Below are positions 1 to 7,705 of a DNA stretch of 43,886 bases, in pieces. Source of the stretch: a virus (taxonomy: Duplodnaviria; Caudoviricetes); IMG/VR virus record IMGVR_UViG_3300036805_000160, positions 1 through 43,886 of that record. One strand, 5' to 3'. Numbering within the stretch: the stretch's first letter is position 1; every line of letters starts with the position of its first letter. The notes below the pieces were generated by a model. The model had not been told where the DNA came from and did not search any database. It was given only the letters and a program-made list of their open reading frames with translations. Both the position numbers and the translations under genes were made by a program.

Positions 1-743
1 TGTTTCAACGCGGCCTGCTGGGCGGGCAGCATCGCGGACACGGCTTTCTTGTTCTGCTCCAGCGACACCGCGGCGTTCTGCTGCGCGCCGGTGAGGTCCT
101 GCCAGCGGGTGCCCTGCTGCCCCAGCAGCTGCTCAACCTGCTGCTGCGGGCCGGTGAGGCCCTTCATCGCCGCCGTGGCCTTCGCCAGGTCGGCCGAGTT
201 GGTGGTGATGGCGGTGTGGACGAGGGCGGCGGAGTTGTCGAACGACTGGTTCGCGGTGACCAGGGAACTCGTCGCCGACACCGCGTTCTTGATCACGGGG
301 CCGGCGACGGCGCCGAACGCGGCGATCCCGGCCCCGGCGCCGATGAACGCCCCGCCGAGCCCGGCGACCAGGGGCAGCATCGGGGTGAGCACAGCGGCCC
401 ACGTCTTCCACGCCCCGCCGCTCTTGCCCGCGGCATTGCCGGACGCGCTGGCCGCGGCGGCGGTGACGGCCTGGGCGTCGCGCAGCTTCTTGTCCTCGTC
501 GGCGGCGGCGCGGGCGGCGGCGGCCTGGGTGAGGAGGTCGTCGCGGAGTTTGCGGATATCGCCTGCCATCTCCCGCGCGGCGGCGCCGTCTTCGATCATG
601 TGGTCGCGCATCGAGTCGAGGACGGCGGTCGCCGCGACGTTGTGGTCCGCGAAGTCCTTGACGGCGGCGATCGCCTCAGCCATCGGGCCGATGTAGCCGG
701 CGACTTCGGCGATGAACCGCTGGACGATGTCTTCATCGGCCAC
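1..743 (-). CDS. Tape measure protein, N-terminal part (continues across the end overlap into 43886..42233)
   Basis: Open frame from GTG at 743 (MADEDIVQRFIAEVAGYIGPM...), Ala-rich and helical. It runs off position 1 and matches the 42233-43825 ORF through the terminal overlap. Joined length is about 755 aa. Confidence 0.85.
   Translation of the reverse strand, partial: MADEDIVQRFIAEVAGYIGPMAEAIAAVKDFADHNVAATAVLDSMRDHMIEDGAAAREMAGDIRKLRDDLLTQAAAARAAADEDKKLRDAQAVTAAAASASGNAAGKSGGAWKTWAAVLTPMLPLVAGLGGAFIGAGAGIAAFGAVAGPVIKNAVSATSSLVTANQSFDNSAALVHTAITTNSADLAKATAAMKGLTGPQQQVEQLLGQQGTRWQDLTGAQQNAAVSLEQNKKAVSAMLPAQQAALK
10..129. repeat. Terminal direct overlap, left copy (identical to 43767..43886)
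   Basis: 120 bp identical to the last 120 bp of the window, indicating a circular or permuted assembly. Confidence 0.95.
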
Positions 744-1224
744 GGCCCACCACCTCGTCGAACGCAGCCTGGGCGGCGCGGCGCAGCGACCCGTCCGCTT
801 TCATCCGCTCCGCAGCGGGGGCCATGTACGGCCGGGCGGGGAGGTGGACGTGTTTCGCGAAGCGGGCCTGCCCGTCGACGGCGAACCGCAGCATCTTGGC
901 GCGGACGGGGTAGATGTCGCCGCCTTTCTCCTGGATCCGCGCGTACACGACGGTCGGCCGCACCGACGACGTCCACCGCTCCGGCCCTCCCGCGGCGGGG
1001 GTGACGCGGATCGACCGGCGCAGGGTGCCGGTCACCAGCGCGGGCGGCTGGCCGGGCGGCGACGTCGTGGAGGTGCCGGGCGAGTGGGTGTAGCGGCGCA
1101 GCTCGTTCTCGCTGACCCCGCGGGTGAACGCCTGCGCCATCGCGTCCGCCGCCGCCCGGGCGCCCTCGGGTGCGCGGGCCGAACGCGACCGCAGCCGCAC
1201 CACCGCGTCCTCGACGCCCGCCAC
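733..1224 (-). CDS. HK97 gp10-like neck/tail completion protein
   Basis: Motifs 'PPALVTGTLRRSI', 'VYARIQEKGG' and 'LPARPYMAPA' are typical of the HK97 gp10 family. GGAGG RBS precedes the GTG start. Confidence 0.8.
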   Translation of the reverse strand: MAGVEDAVVRLRSRSARAPEGARAAADAMAQAFTRGVSENELRRYTHSPGTSTTSPPGQPPALVTGTLRRSIRVTPAAGGPERWTSSVRPTVVYARIQEKGGDIYPVRAKMLRFAVDGQARFAKHVHLPARPYMAPAAERMKADGSLRRAAQAAFDEVVGRGR

Positions 1225-1234
1225 CCGCGCCTCC

Positions 1235-1447
1235 CTACTTTTTCGGTTTCTGCGCCTCGTTCAGCGCCACGTGCACCGGCGCCAGCCACGTGCCCACCTC
1301 CAGCGGCAGCGCCGCCGACTGGCCCGGCGTCAGCCCGTAGTTGATCAGGTTGAGGATCTGCCGCGCCCCCCGTGGTGTGAGGCCGGGCGGGAGCTTCGCC
1401 CGGGGGGACCCTTCGAGCCATTGCTTGAGGGCGACGTAGTCGCCTCT
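1235..1447 (-). CDS. Tail assembly chaperone -1 frameshift extension (gpGT-like; fused product about 197 aa)
   Basis: The -1 frame after GAC CCA AAA reads RGDYVALKQWLEGSPRAKLPPGLTPRGARQILNLINYGLTPGQSAALPLEVGTWLAPVHVALNEAQKPKK*. It fills the gap up to the next RBS. Confidence 0.8.
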   Translation of the reverse strand, partial: RGDYVALKQWLEGSPRAKLPPGLTPRGARQILNLINYGLTPGQSAALPLEVGTWLAPVHVALNEAQKPKK

Positions 1448-1827
1448 TTTGGGTCCGGCCCGCCGCGCAGCGCCGCCATGTGCGGTTTCACCGCCGCCTC
1501 CAGCGCCTGGAACGCCGCCAGCGGCACCTTCTTCAGCGACTCCGCGAACAGCGGCTCACCGTCCTCCCCCGCCGACGGGTCGTCGGCGGGGAGCGGCAGC
1601 GGCAGCGACCAGGCGACGGTCACCCGCGACAGGAGGATGTCGCGCTGCCGGTTCATCATCCCCAGCGACACCCGCTGGCGGCCGGACGGCTGCCCCGTCT
1701 CCGGGTCCATCGTGAAGTCGATCAGCATCGCCTCGTCCCACGCGTCCTTGTCGCCCGCGAGGAGCTCCGAGGCGGGGCGGATCTCCGCCCAGTCCCCATT
1801 GCCGAGGTCTGTTCTCACTGCTGGCAT
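1345..1827 (-). CDS. Tail assembly chaperone (short, gpG-like form)
   Basis: Lies immediately after the major tail gene and contains the slippery site C CCA AAA (1447-1453). Confidence 0.8.
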   Translation of the reverse strand: MPAVRTDLGNGDWAEIRPASELLAGDKDAWDEAMLIDFTMDPETGQPSGRQRVSLGMMNRQRDILLSRVTVAWSLPLPLPADDPSAGEDGEPLFAESLKKVPLAAFQALEAAVKPHMAALRGGPDPKEATTSPSSNGSKGPPGRSSRPASHHGGRGRSST

Positions 1828-1845
1828 GCCACTGCCTTCCCTGCG

Positions 1846-3141
1846 TTAGTAGAGCTGCACTCCGTTGGTCAAGGTCGCTTTCACCGGCGAGTAGCCGCCG
1901 GACTGCGGCGTCATCACGACCCCGCCGGCGGTGCCGGTCACATTGACCGGCTCGTAGTCGGCGGTGTAGCCGAACAGCTCGTTCGCGTCGTCGAGGTCGG
2001 CGACCTTGAACGCCGACACCGGCATGTCCAGCTGCAGCGACACGAGGTTCGCCCCGGCGAGTCCGTTGGAGATGAGGATCTGCACCTGCGGCTGGGTGTT
2101 GCCGAGCATCGCCAGCAGCGCCGACTCGTCCACCGCCGGGGAGTAGGTGAGCTTCCCGCCCATGGTCAGCTCGCCGCGGGCGATGATGAACGGGTTCTGG
2201 CTGCCGTCGGCGGTGGGGTACGCCTTCGCTTTGCGGGTGAAGGTGAGCTGCCATTCGGCGATCTCGTTGCGCTGCGCCGCGCCGACGTTGCCGCCGACGG
2301 CGACCTGCGACCGCCACGCGGGGGTGGCGCGGACGGTGGAGAACGCGGGCTGCGACGGCGGCGACCCGGGGATCTGCCCGACGAAGCTCATGTATTTCGC
2401 GGTCTTGGTGAACAGGCCGCTCGCGTTGCCGGTGAGCACCAGGTCTGTGCACACCGCCATCGCGTACTGCCGCGCCTTCCCCACCGCGGGGACGTTCGTC
2501 CGGTCGGTGAACGTGTGCGTGGGCGGCTGCCCCGCCCACTGCACCCCGCCGCCGAGCGCCGTGTTGGCGGTCGAGTTGAGCAGGTTGAACGTGTTCACGA
2601 CCGGGTTTGTGGCGGACACGTTCGCGACGGCGACCGCGGCGGCGTGGGTGTAGCGCAAAGGGGTGTTCGCGATCGGGATCGACCCGGACGACCCGGCCGC
2701 GGACGCCTGCACGATCTCGCCGCCGCCGGTGGAGTCCTCGATCCAGATCCACATCCCCGACGTGAACGACGTCCCGGACGTGACGTTCAGCACCACCGCC
2801 CCAGCGGGGTTCGACCCGGACGTCGTGGTGGTCGTCCCGCCGGCGGTCGCGGTCTGCGTGTAGTCGCCGAGGATGTTGTACAGCTCGTCGCCGATCGCGT
2901 CGCCGTAGACGGGCCCGTCGAGCTGGAACTCCGTCCAGTACGGGCCCTGCTGCACGTCGTAGGTGCTGCCCATCGACGCCCGCAGCGCCTTGTCGTCGAG
3001 CCACAGCGGCTTGTCGGCCGGTTTGAACTGGGTTTGCGGGATCACCCGCGTGATCGCGGCGGGGATGGTGCCGGGGGTCAGCTCGCGGGTGACGCCGACG
3101 TACCTCTCCGGTACCGGGAACACAGCGGCAGGGATAGGCAT
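1846..3141 (-). CDS. Major tail (tube) protein
   Basis: 431 aa beta-rich protein upstream of the chaperone. N-terminal 'YVGVTRELTPGT' and C-terminal 'VKATLTNGVQLY' fit tube proteins. Confidence 0.8.
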   Translation of the reverse strand: MPIPAAVFPVPERYVGVTRELTPGTIPAAITRVIPQTQFKPADKPLWLDDKALRASMGSTYDVQQGPYWTEFQLDGPVYGDAIGDELYNILGDYTQTATAGGTTTTTSGSNPAGAVVLNVTSGTSFTSGMWIWIEDSTGGGEIVQASAAGSSGSIPIANTPLRYTHAAAVAVANVSATNPVVNTFNLLNSTANTALGGGVQWAGQPPTHTFTDRTNVPAVGKARQYAMAVCTDLVLTGNASGLFTKTAKYMSFVGQIPGSPPSQPAFSTVRATPAWRSQVAVGGNVGAAQRNEIAEWQLTFTRKAKAYPTADGSQNPFIIARGELTMGGKLTYSPAVDESALLAMLGNTQPQVQILISNGLAGANLVSLQLDMPVSAFKVADLDDANELFGYTADYEPVNVTGTAGGVVMTPQSGGYSPVKATLTNGVQLY

Positions 3142-3392
3142 CAGGCGCTCCCCTCGGGCTTCGCAGGCGCCGCGGGAACGGCCGCCGCGGGTGGTTCCTT
3201 AGCCGCCGCCTGCGCGGCTGCTGGCGCGGCTGAGGCGGCCTGCGGGGCCGGGTCCGCGGGGAACCAGCAGCCGTCGTCCGGCGGCCCGTCGCCGAAGTCC
3301 CGCACATCCCCGGGCGCGACAGTGAGGCCCATCCACGGCGGGTACGGGTACACCCGGCCGGGCCCCGGGCCCGCGTACATCCACTTGCCCAC
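3141..3392 (-). CDS. Small virion-module protein
   Basis: 83 aa, translationally coupled to the tail tube gene, with an Ala/Pro-rich tail. Confidence 0.6.
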   Translation of the reverse strand: MGKWMYAGPGPGRVYPYPPWMGLTVAPGDVRDFGDGPPDDGCWFPADPAPQAASAAPAAAQAAAKEPPAAAVPAAPAKPEGSA

Positions 3393-3402
3393 TGCGCGCC
3401 TC

Positions 3403-3972
3403 CTAGGCGATGACGTAGGTGTCGGCTTGGAAGGTGACCACGGCGTGGCCGTAGGAGCGGCCGCGGTCCTTGTCCACTTCCCATTCGGGTTCGGTGACCT
3501 CGATGCCGTAGGTGCCTTCCCCGGCCTGCTCGATCAGCCTGCCGGTCGTGTACTGGCCGGTGGTGGTGCCGAGGGTCCGGTCGGCGTAGATGAGGTTCAG
3601 CAGCGCGTCGATCAGCCCGTCGAGGCCGAGGGCGGTGGTTTCCAGGTGCGGTTCCTCGCTGAGCACGAAGAGGCCGCAGCGTGTCTCGTACCTGCGCACC
3701 CGCCACCCGGACACGGGGCCGCCGATCGCCTGCCGGGTGATCTTCACGGGGCCGGTCGTCACGTCCATCACCGCACCCCACCCGGCGCCTTCGGCCATGC
3801 CCTCGGTGTAGTAGCCGTCGGGGACGCCTTTCACCGGGTACGGGTACGCCGTCCCCAGCCCGCTGCTGACGAGGGGGCCGCCCTGGTAGTAGATCCCGGC
3901 GTCGGAGGTCTGCAGGGTGCCGCCGAAGTACGCCGCGACGGCCTCGCGGACCAGTTGCCTGTCCCCAGCCAT
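3403..3972 (-). CDS. Tail terminator / head-tail joining protein (putative)
   Basis: 189 aa. Position and 'LIDALLNLIYADRTLG' resemble tail terminators. Confidence 0.6.
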   Translation of the reverse strand: MAGDRQLVREAVAAYFGGTLQTSDAGIYYQGGPLVSSGLGTAYPYPVKGVPDGYYTEGMAEGAGWGAVMDVTTGPVKITRQAIGGPVSGWRVRRYETRCGLFVLSEEPHLETTALGLDGLIDALLNLIYADRTLGTTTGQYTTGRLIEQAGEGTYGIEVTEPEWEVDKDRGRSYGHAVVTFQADTYVIA

Positions 3973-3978
3973 CGCGCA

Positions 3979-4938
3979 TCACCTGTACGTAGGCCGGTAT
4001 GGGGCGAGCCAGCGTTCGGCGTCCTGGATCAGCCCGGACGCGGCGCCTCCGCGCTGACCGCCGGTCACAGCCTGCCGCGCCGCCGGGCCGAACCCGGTAG
4101 GGGCTTCCTGCGAGACATCTTCGCGCATGAGGAGGGCGACGGTGTAGGCAATGACCGCCTGGAGGATGTCGCGGGGCATCCCGGTGATCCCGGTGCCGGA
4201 TGGGTGGCTGTTCGCGGGCGGCGCGGCGAGCGGCACGGCCGTCGGCGGCGGCGGGATGACCGGGCTGGCCGGGGTGTAGGTGCTGGCCACGGTGAGCGCT
4301 TCGGAGCCGTTCACGTCGTCGTACATGCGGAGCACGTCACCGGGCAGCACCCCCGTCGCGCCGGCCAGCGTCGCCGACGTGGACGTGCCGCCGGTCAGCG
4401 GCGCCGTGATCGCCGTCGAGGGGTACCCGGCCACATACGACCAGGTGACGTAGGTCTGCTGCCACGGCGACGGCGCCGCGCCGAACTGCAGCGGCGGGCC
4501 GGTGAAGCCGAGGCCGCCGCCGGGGGTGAACGACACCTCCCGCCCGTCCTCCACCCACATCGACGGCGCGGGCAGGCCGAGGGAGGTCATCATGTCCGGC
4601 CCGGCGCCGTAGGACAGGGACACGATGCCGCGGACAGGGATGTCCCGCGGTTTGACGAAGATGCGGCCGGTGCGGCCGGAGCGGGTGCGGGAGTTCTCCC
4701 CGGCCACCAGGTGCGCGTCGAGGCGCATCAGCCCGCCGGGGCCGCCGCCCGGGTTGCACGCCCACTGGCTAGCGGCCAGCAGCGCGTCCGTCAGCACGTC
4801 GTCCTGCAGCGCGGCCGCGCCGCCGGGGACGAGGTTGTCGAGGTCAAGCCACGTCGGGTACGCGCGGAACTGCGCCGCCGTCAGGTACGGCTGCGTCAGC
4901 GGCTGAACCGGCGGCGGGACCAGCACCGGCATCGTCAC
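3979..4938 (-). CDS. Head-tail adaptor (gp6/gp15-like) with an inserted beta domain
   Basis: Adaptor motifs 'PYLTAAQF', 'VTWSYVAGY', 'MPRDILQAVI' and 'AERWLAPYR'. Confidence 0.75.
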   Translation of the reverse strand: MTMPVLVPPPVQPLTQPYLTAAQFRAYPTWLDLDNLVPGGAAALQDDVLTDALLAASQWACNPGGGPGGLMRLDAHLVAGENSRTRSGRTGRIFVKPRDIPVRGIVSLSYGAGPDMMTSLGLPAPSMWVEDGREVSFTPGGGLGFTGPPLQFGAAPSPWQQTYVTWSYVAGYPSTAITAPLTGGTSTSATLAGATGVLPGDVLRMYDDVNGSEALTVASTYTPASPVIPPPPTAVPLAAPPANSHPSGTGITGMPRDILQAVIAYTVALLMREDVSQEAPTGFGPAARQAVTGGQRGGAASGLIQDAERWLAPYRPTYR

Positions 4939-4944
4939 CGCGGG

Positions 4945-5150
4945 TCACCCCTTCCGGCCGGTGGAGTGCTCCGCGCAGCCCGACCGCCACCGGCCCGGCA
5001 CCCCCGCCGCCGTCTTCGCGACGCGGACAACCGGGCGCCCGCACGAGCAGCGGCGCGACGGGTGGTCCTCGAAGCGGGGCGCCGGGACCGCGGCCGCGGG
5101 ATGAGGGGTCGCGGCCGCGGCCAGATGGTGGCGCGGGGGGACGCGGGTGA
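4945..5150 (-). CDS. Small hypothetical protein (start uncertain)
   Basis: An open frame with a CSCG motif fills the gap between neighbouring genes. The start codon is ambiguous. Confidence 0.35.
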
Positions 5151-5161
5151 CCCGGATGACC

Positions 5162-5416
5162 CTATTCACGGTCGCAGTCACCGCCGCACCGGCCGCACCT
5201 GCGCAGGTACGACCCGAACCCGCACGCGGCGCACCGGTAGCCCGTGCCGCGCCTGGCGGTCCCCGCGAGCGACGCGATCGCACCACCGGCCGCCACGATC
5301 GCTTTCGCGTCCCGCGGGGCCGTCTCGAACAGGCCGCCACCGGACCCGGCCGTGTACCGGATCCCCGACGGCGCGTCGACCTGGGCGATGTTCGCCCCCA
5401 GGATCACCCGTGTCAC
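5162..5416 (-). CDS. Small protein with C-terminal zinc ribbon
   Basis: 'CAACGFGSYLRRCGRCGG'. GTGA overlap with the upstream stop. Confidence 0.65.
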   Translation of the reverse strand: MTRVILGANIAQVDAPSGIRYTAGSGGGLFETAPRDAKAIVAAGGAIASLAGTARRGTGYRCAACGFGSYLRRCGRCGGDCDRE

Positions 5417-5547
5417 CTGGTCACCCACGTGATGACCGGGTGGGACACCGCGTCGCTGCCGCTGTAGCCGAGGACGGCGGTGCCCTGGATCGAGTTCGCG
5501 GTCCCCGGCGGCGTGGTGACGTGGTCGCTGATCTTCGGCCTTACCAC
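5413..5547 (-). CDS. Small hypothetical protein (44 aa)
   Basis: GGAGG RBS before the GTG start. Coupled to both neighbours. Confidence 0.5.
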   Translation of the reverse strand: MVRPKISDHVTTPPGTANSIQGTAVLGYSGSDAVSHPVITWVTR

Positions 5548-5768
5548 AGGAGCGCCTCCCTCGGGTTCTGGCCGGCAGGCGCGGCTGCGGCCAGCAGCGC
5601 GGCCGGGGCCGACGCCGCCCGGGCGAGCGCCTGCCCGGTGATGACAGCCGCGGTGCTGCCGTCGCTGACCTCTTTCACGGTCAGCGCAGGCACCGCCGCG
5701 CCGTCCCACGCGAACGACAGGGCCGGCATGTTCTGGAACGCGGTCGTCGTCCCGGAGAACGCAGCCAT
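5541..5768 (-). CDS. Small head-module protein (75 aa)
   Basis: ATG overlaps the capsid stop (TGATG). Begins MAAFSGTTTAFQNMPALSFAW. Confidence 0.6.
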   Translation of the reverse strand: MAAFSGTTTAFQNMPALSFAWDGAAVPALTVKEVSDGSTAAVITGQALARAASAPAALLAAAAPAGQNPREALLW

Positions 5769-7663
5769 CACGCCTGCAGGCCGGCGATCGCGGCGGACCA
5801 GGCCGGGGCGTACGGCACGAACGTCCCGAGCTGGTAGGTGGAGAAGTCGTAGGTGAACTGGATGTCGGGCCAGTCGTAGCCGATGTAGTCGACCACGTTG
5901 TTGACCGCGAACGTGTTCGCCACCTCGCTGTCGGGGACGGGCAGCGTCTTCGACCAGGCGAACGACAGGCCGACCGGCATGTACGGGTGGACGTCGAGGT
6001 CGGTCATCTTCCCGGTGGCCTGGTTGACCATGCCGGTCACCACCGACCCGAGGGTGACTCCCGACACCGAATCCTCGCTGATCTGGATGCGGTAGGCGCC
6101 GGGGTTGCCGGTGCCGCCGGACGTGCCGCCGTGCTCGACGAACGTGCCCAGCGCCGACCGGATCGCCCCGTCGACGTAGACGACGTCCGGTTCGGCGAGG
6201 AGCTTCTGCCCGTAGGCGGTCGCGGTCCCGGCCTGGGCGTAGTTCCCGGGCTCGATCCCGGCGCCGTACAGGGCCTTGAACATGGTCTGCCACGGCGTGT
6301 CGCCCTGCGGAGGCGCGCCGGACTGGCCGAGCCCGGCGATCGAGTTGACGCTGTTGGCCGCGGTGGCGGCGGCGGCGTAGGTGGCGACGTAGCCGGACTG
6401 CGCGGGGTCGGTGAGGACGGTGAGGAACCCGTCGTAGCCGTTGACGTTCGCTGAGCTGTCAGCGGCGTTGCTGGCCAGCGTTCCCGACGTGGAGTTGAAC
6501 GAGGTGAGAACGAGGCCGTTCGGCAGCAGGCTGGGGGATCCGGCGGGGATGAACGTCTGGAAGTTGTAGGGCGTGCCGGTGCCCATGTAGACGTTGAAGC
6601 CCCACGCCCCCGCGGGCATGGCCGGCCAGGTCGCGATCGTGATGGTGCTGGCCGCGCCGGTGGTCGCCTGAGTCTGGGTGGGTGACGGAGCGGATTCGCC
6701 CCAGCCGCCGACAGCGGTCACGAAGATCGTGTACGTGCCCGCGGGGATCGTGCCGCCCGAGGTCGCGGTGGTCGACGTGGTCGCGGTGGACGGCGGTGTG
6801 ATGGGTCCCTTGTAGTTGTTCCCCGAAGCCCCCCGCGAGTAGAGCAGCGCTTTCTCTTCGCCGAGCATGTGCGCCCACAAGGTGGCGGTGTGCGACAGCT
6901 GCCTTATGTCCTGGAAGCCCTGCCCGATGTACTGCGCCTTCCACGACACGGAGTCGCTGAGGGACAGTTCGGTGTAGGCGATGTTCTTCGAGTCCGCGGC
7001 GTAGTTGATTTTCTGGCCGCGGCGCAGCGGCACACCGGTCGAACCGGACACGCCGCCGGCAGTGGTGGACTGGCCGCCGAACTGCGGCAGCGCGATCCCC
7101 TGGCTGGCGGGGAACTCGGAGCTGAGGAACGGCGCCTGGTCGGCGACGCCGCCGACGTTCATGTTCGACCAGCCGAGGATCCGCCGGAACTGCAGCGCCG
7201 AGCCCTTGCCGGTGTTGTCCCGGGGCACCGCGTTCCGCAGCGGCGTCTGCCTCGGGACCAGCAGCTTCGCCGGCTCTTCCAGGTTGTAGGGGGCGAGCTG
7301 CGTGTTGTAGCCGCCGGTCTCCGGGTACGCCTGGTTCCAGTCCTTCGCGACGTCGGCCTTGAACGAGTCGAGGTCGGACTGCAGCGCGGTGAGCTGGTCC
7401 GCCGTCAGCGACTTCGTCAGGGTGTCGATCACCGACAGCCGCTTGGCGAGCTGGTCCTTCGGCGGCCGGGCGTTCTTCCGCACCCCCTCACCGGGGATGA
7501 AGATGTCCACGCCCTCGTCGTGCCGTCCGTGGGACTTCGCGAGAGCTTCCTTGTAGAGCTCGAACTGCTCCTGGATCCGGGCGCCGGTGTATTCCGGGGT
7601 GACCGGTCCGCCGGAGCGGTAGTGGCCGCGGTGGCCGCCGAACAGTTCAGCGGTGCTGGGCAT
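5768..7663 (-). CDS. Major capsid protein with an internal beta-sandwich insertion
   Basis: 631 aa, directly after the scaffold gene. 'YNLEEPAKLLVPRQTPLRNAVPR' and C-terminal 'YAPAWSAAIAGL' fit HK97-fold capsids. Confidence 0.8.
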   Translation of the reverse strand: MPSTAELFGGHRGHYRSGGPVTPEYTGARIQEQFELYKEALAKSHGRHDEGVDIFIPGEGVRKNARPPKDQLAKRLSVIDTLTKSLTADQLTALQSDLDSFKADVAKDWNQAYPETGGYNTQLAPYNLEEPAKLLVPRQTPLRNAVPRDNTGKGSALQFRRILGWSNMNVGGVADQAPFLSSEFPASQGIALPQFGGQSTTAGGVSGSTGVPLRRGQKINYAADSKNIAYTELSLSDSVSWKAQYIGQGFQDIRQLSHTATLWAHMLGEEKALLYSRGASGNNYKGPITPPSTATTSTTATSGGTIPAGTYTIFVTAVGGWGESAPSPTQTQATTGAASTITIATWPAMPAGAWGFNVYMGTGTPYNFQTFIPAGSPSLLPNGLVLTSFNSTSGTLASNAADSSANVNGYDGFLTVLTDPAQSGYVATYAAAATAANSVNSIAGLGQSGAPPQGDTPWQTMFKALYGAGIEPGNYAQAGTATAYGQKLLAEPDVVYVDGAIRSALGTFVEHGGTSGGTGNPGAYRIQISEDSVSGVTLGSVVTGMVNQATGKMTDLDVHPYMPVGLSFAWSKTLPVPDSEVANTFAVNNVVDYIGYDWPDIQFTYDFSTYQLGTFVPYAPAWSAAIAGLQA

Positions 7664-7705
7664 GCGTGCCTCACAAGAGGATCGGGCGCCTGCCCAGGCG
7701 GCGGC

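Noticed and set aside
1480-5856. 1458-aa plus-strand ORF and other long antisense ORFs (for example 39095-41590, 37180-39057, 26455-28182)
   Set aside because: They are shadow frames of real genes in very high-GC DNA, Arg/Gly/Pro-rich and without motifs.
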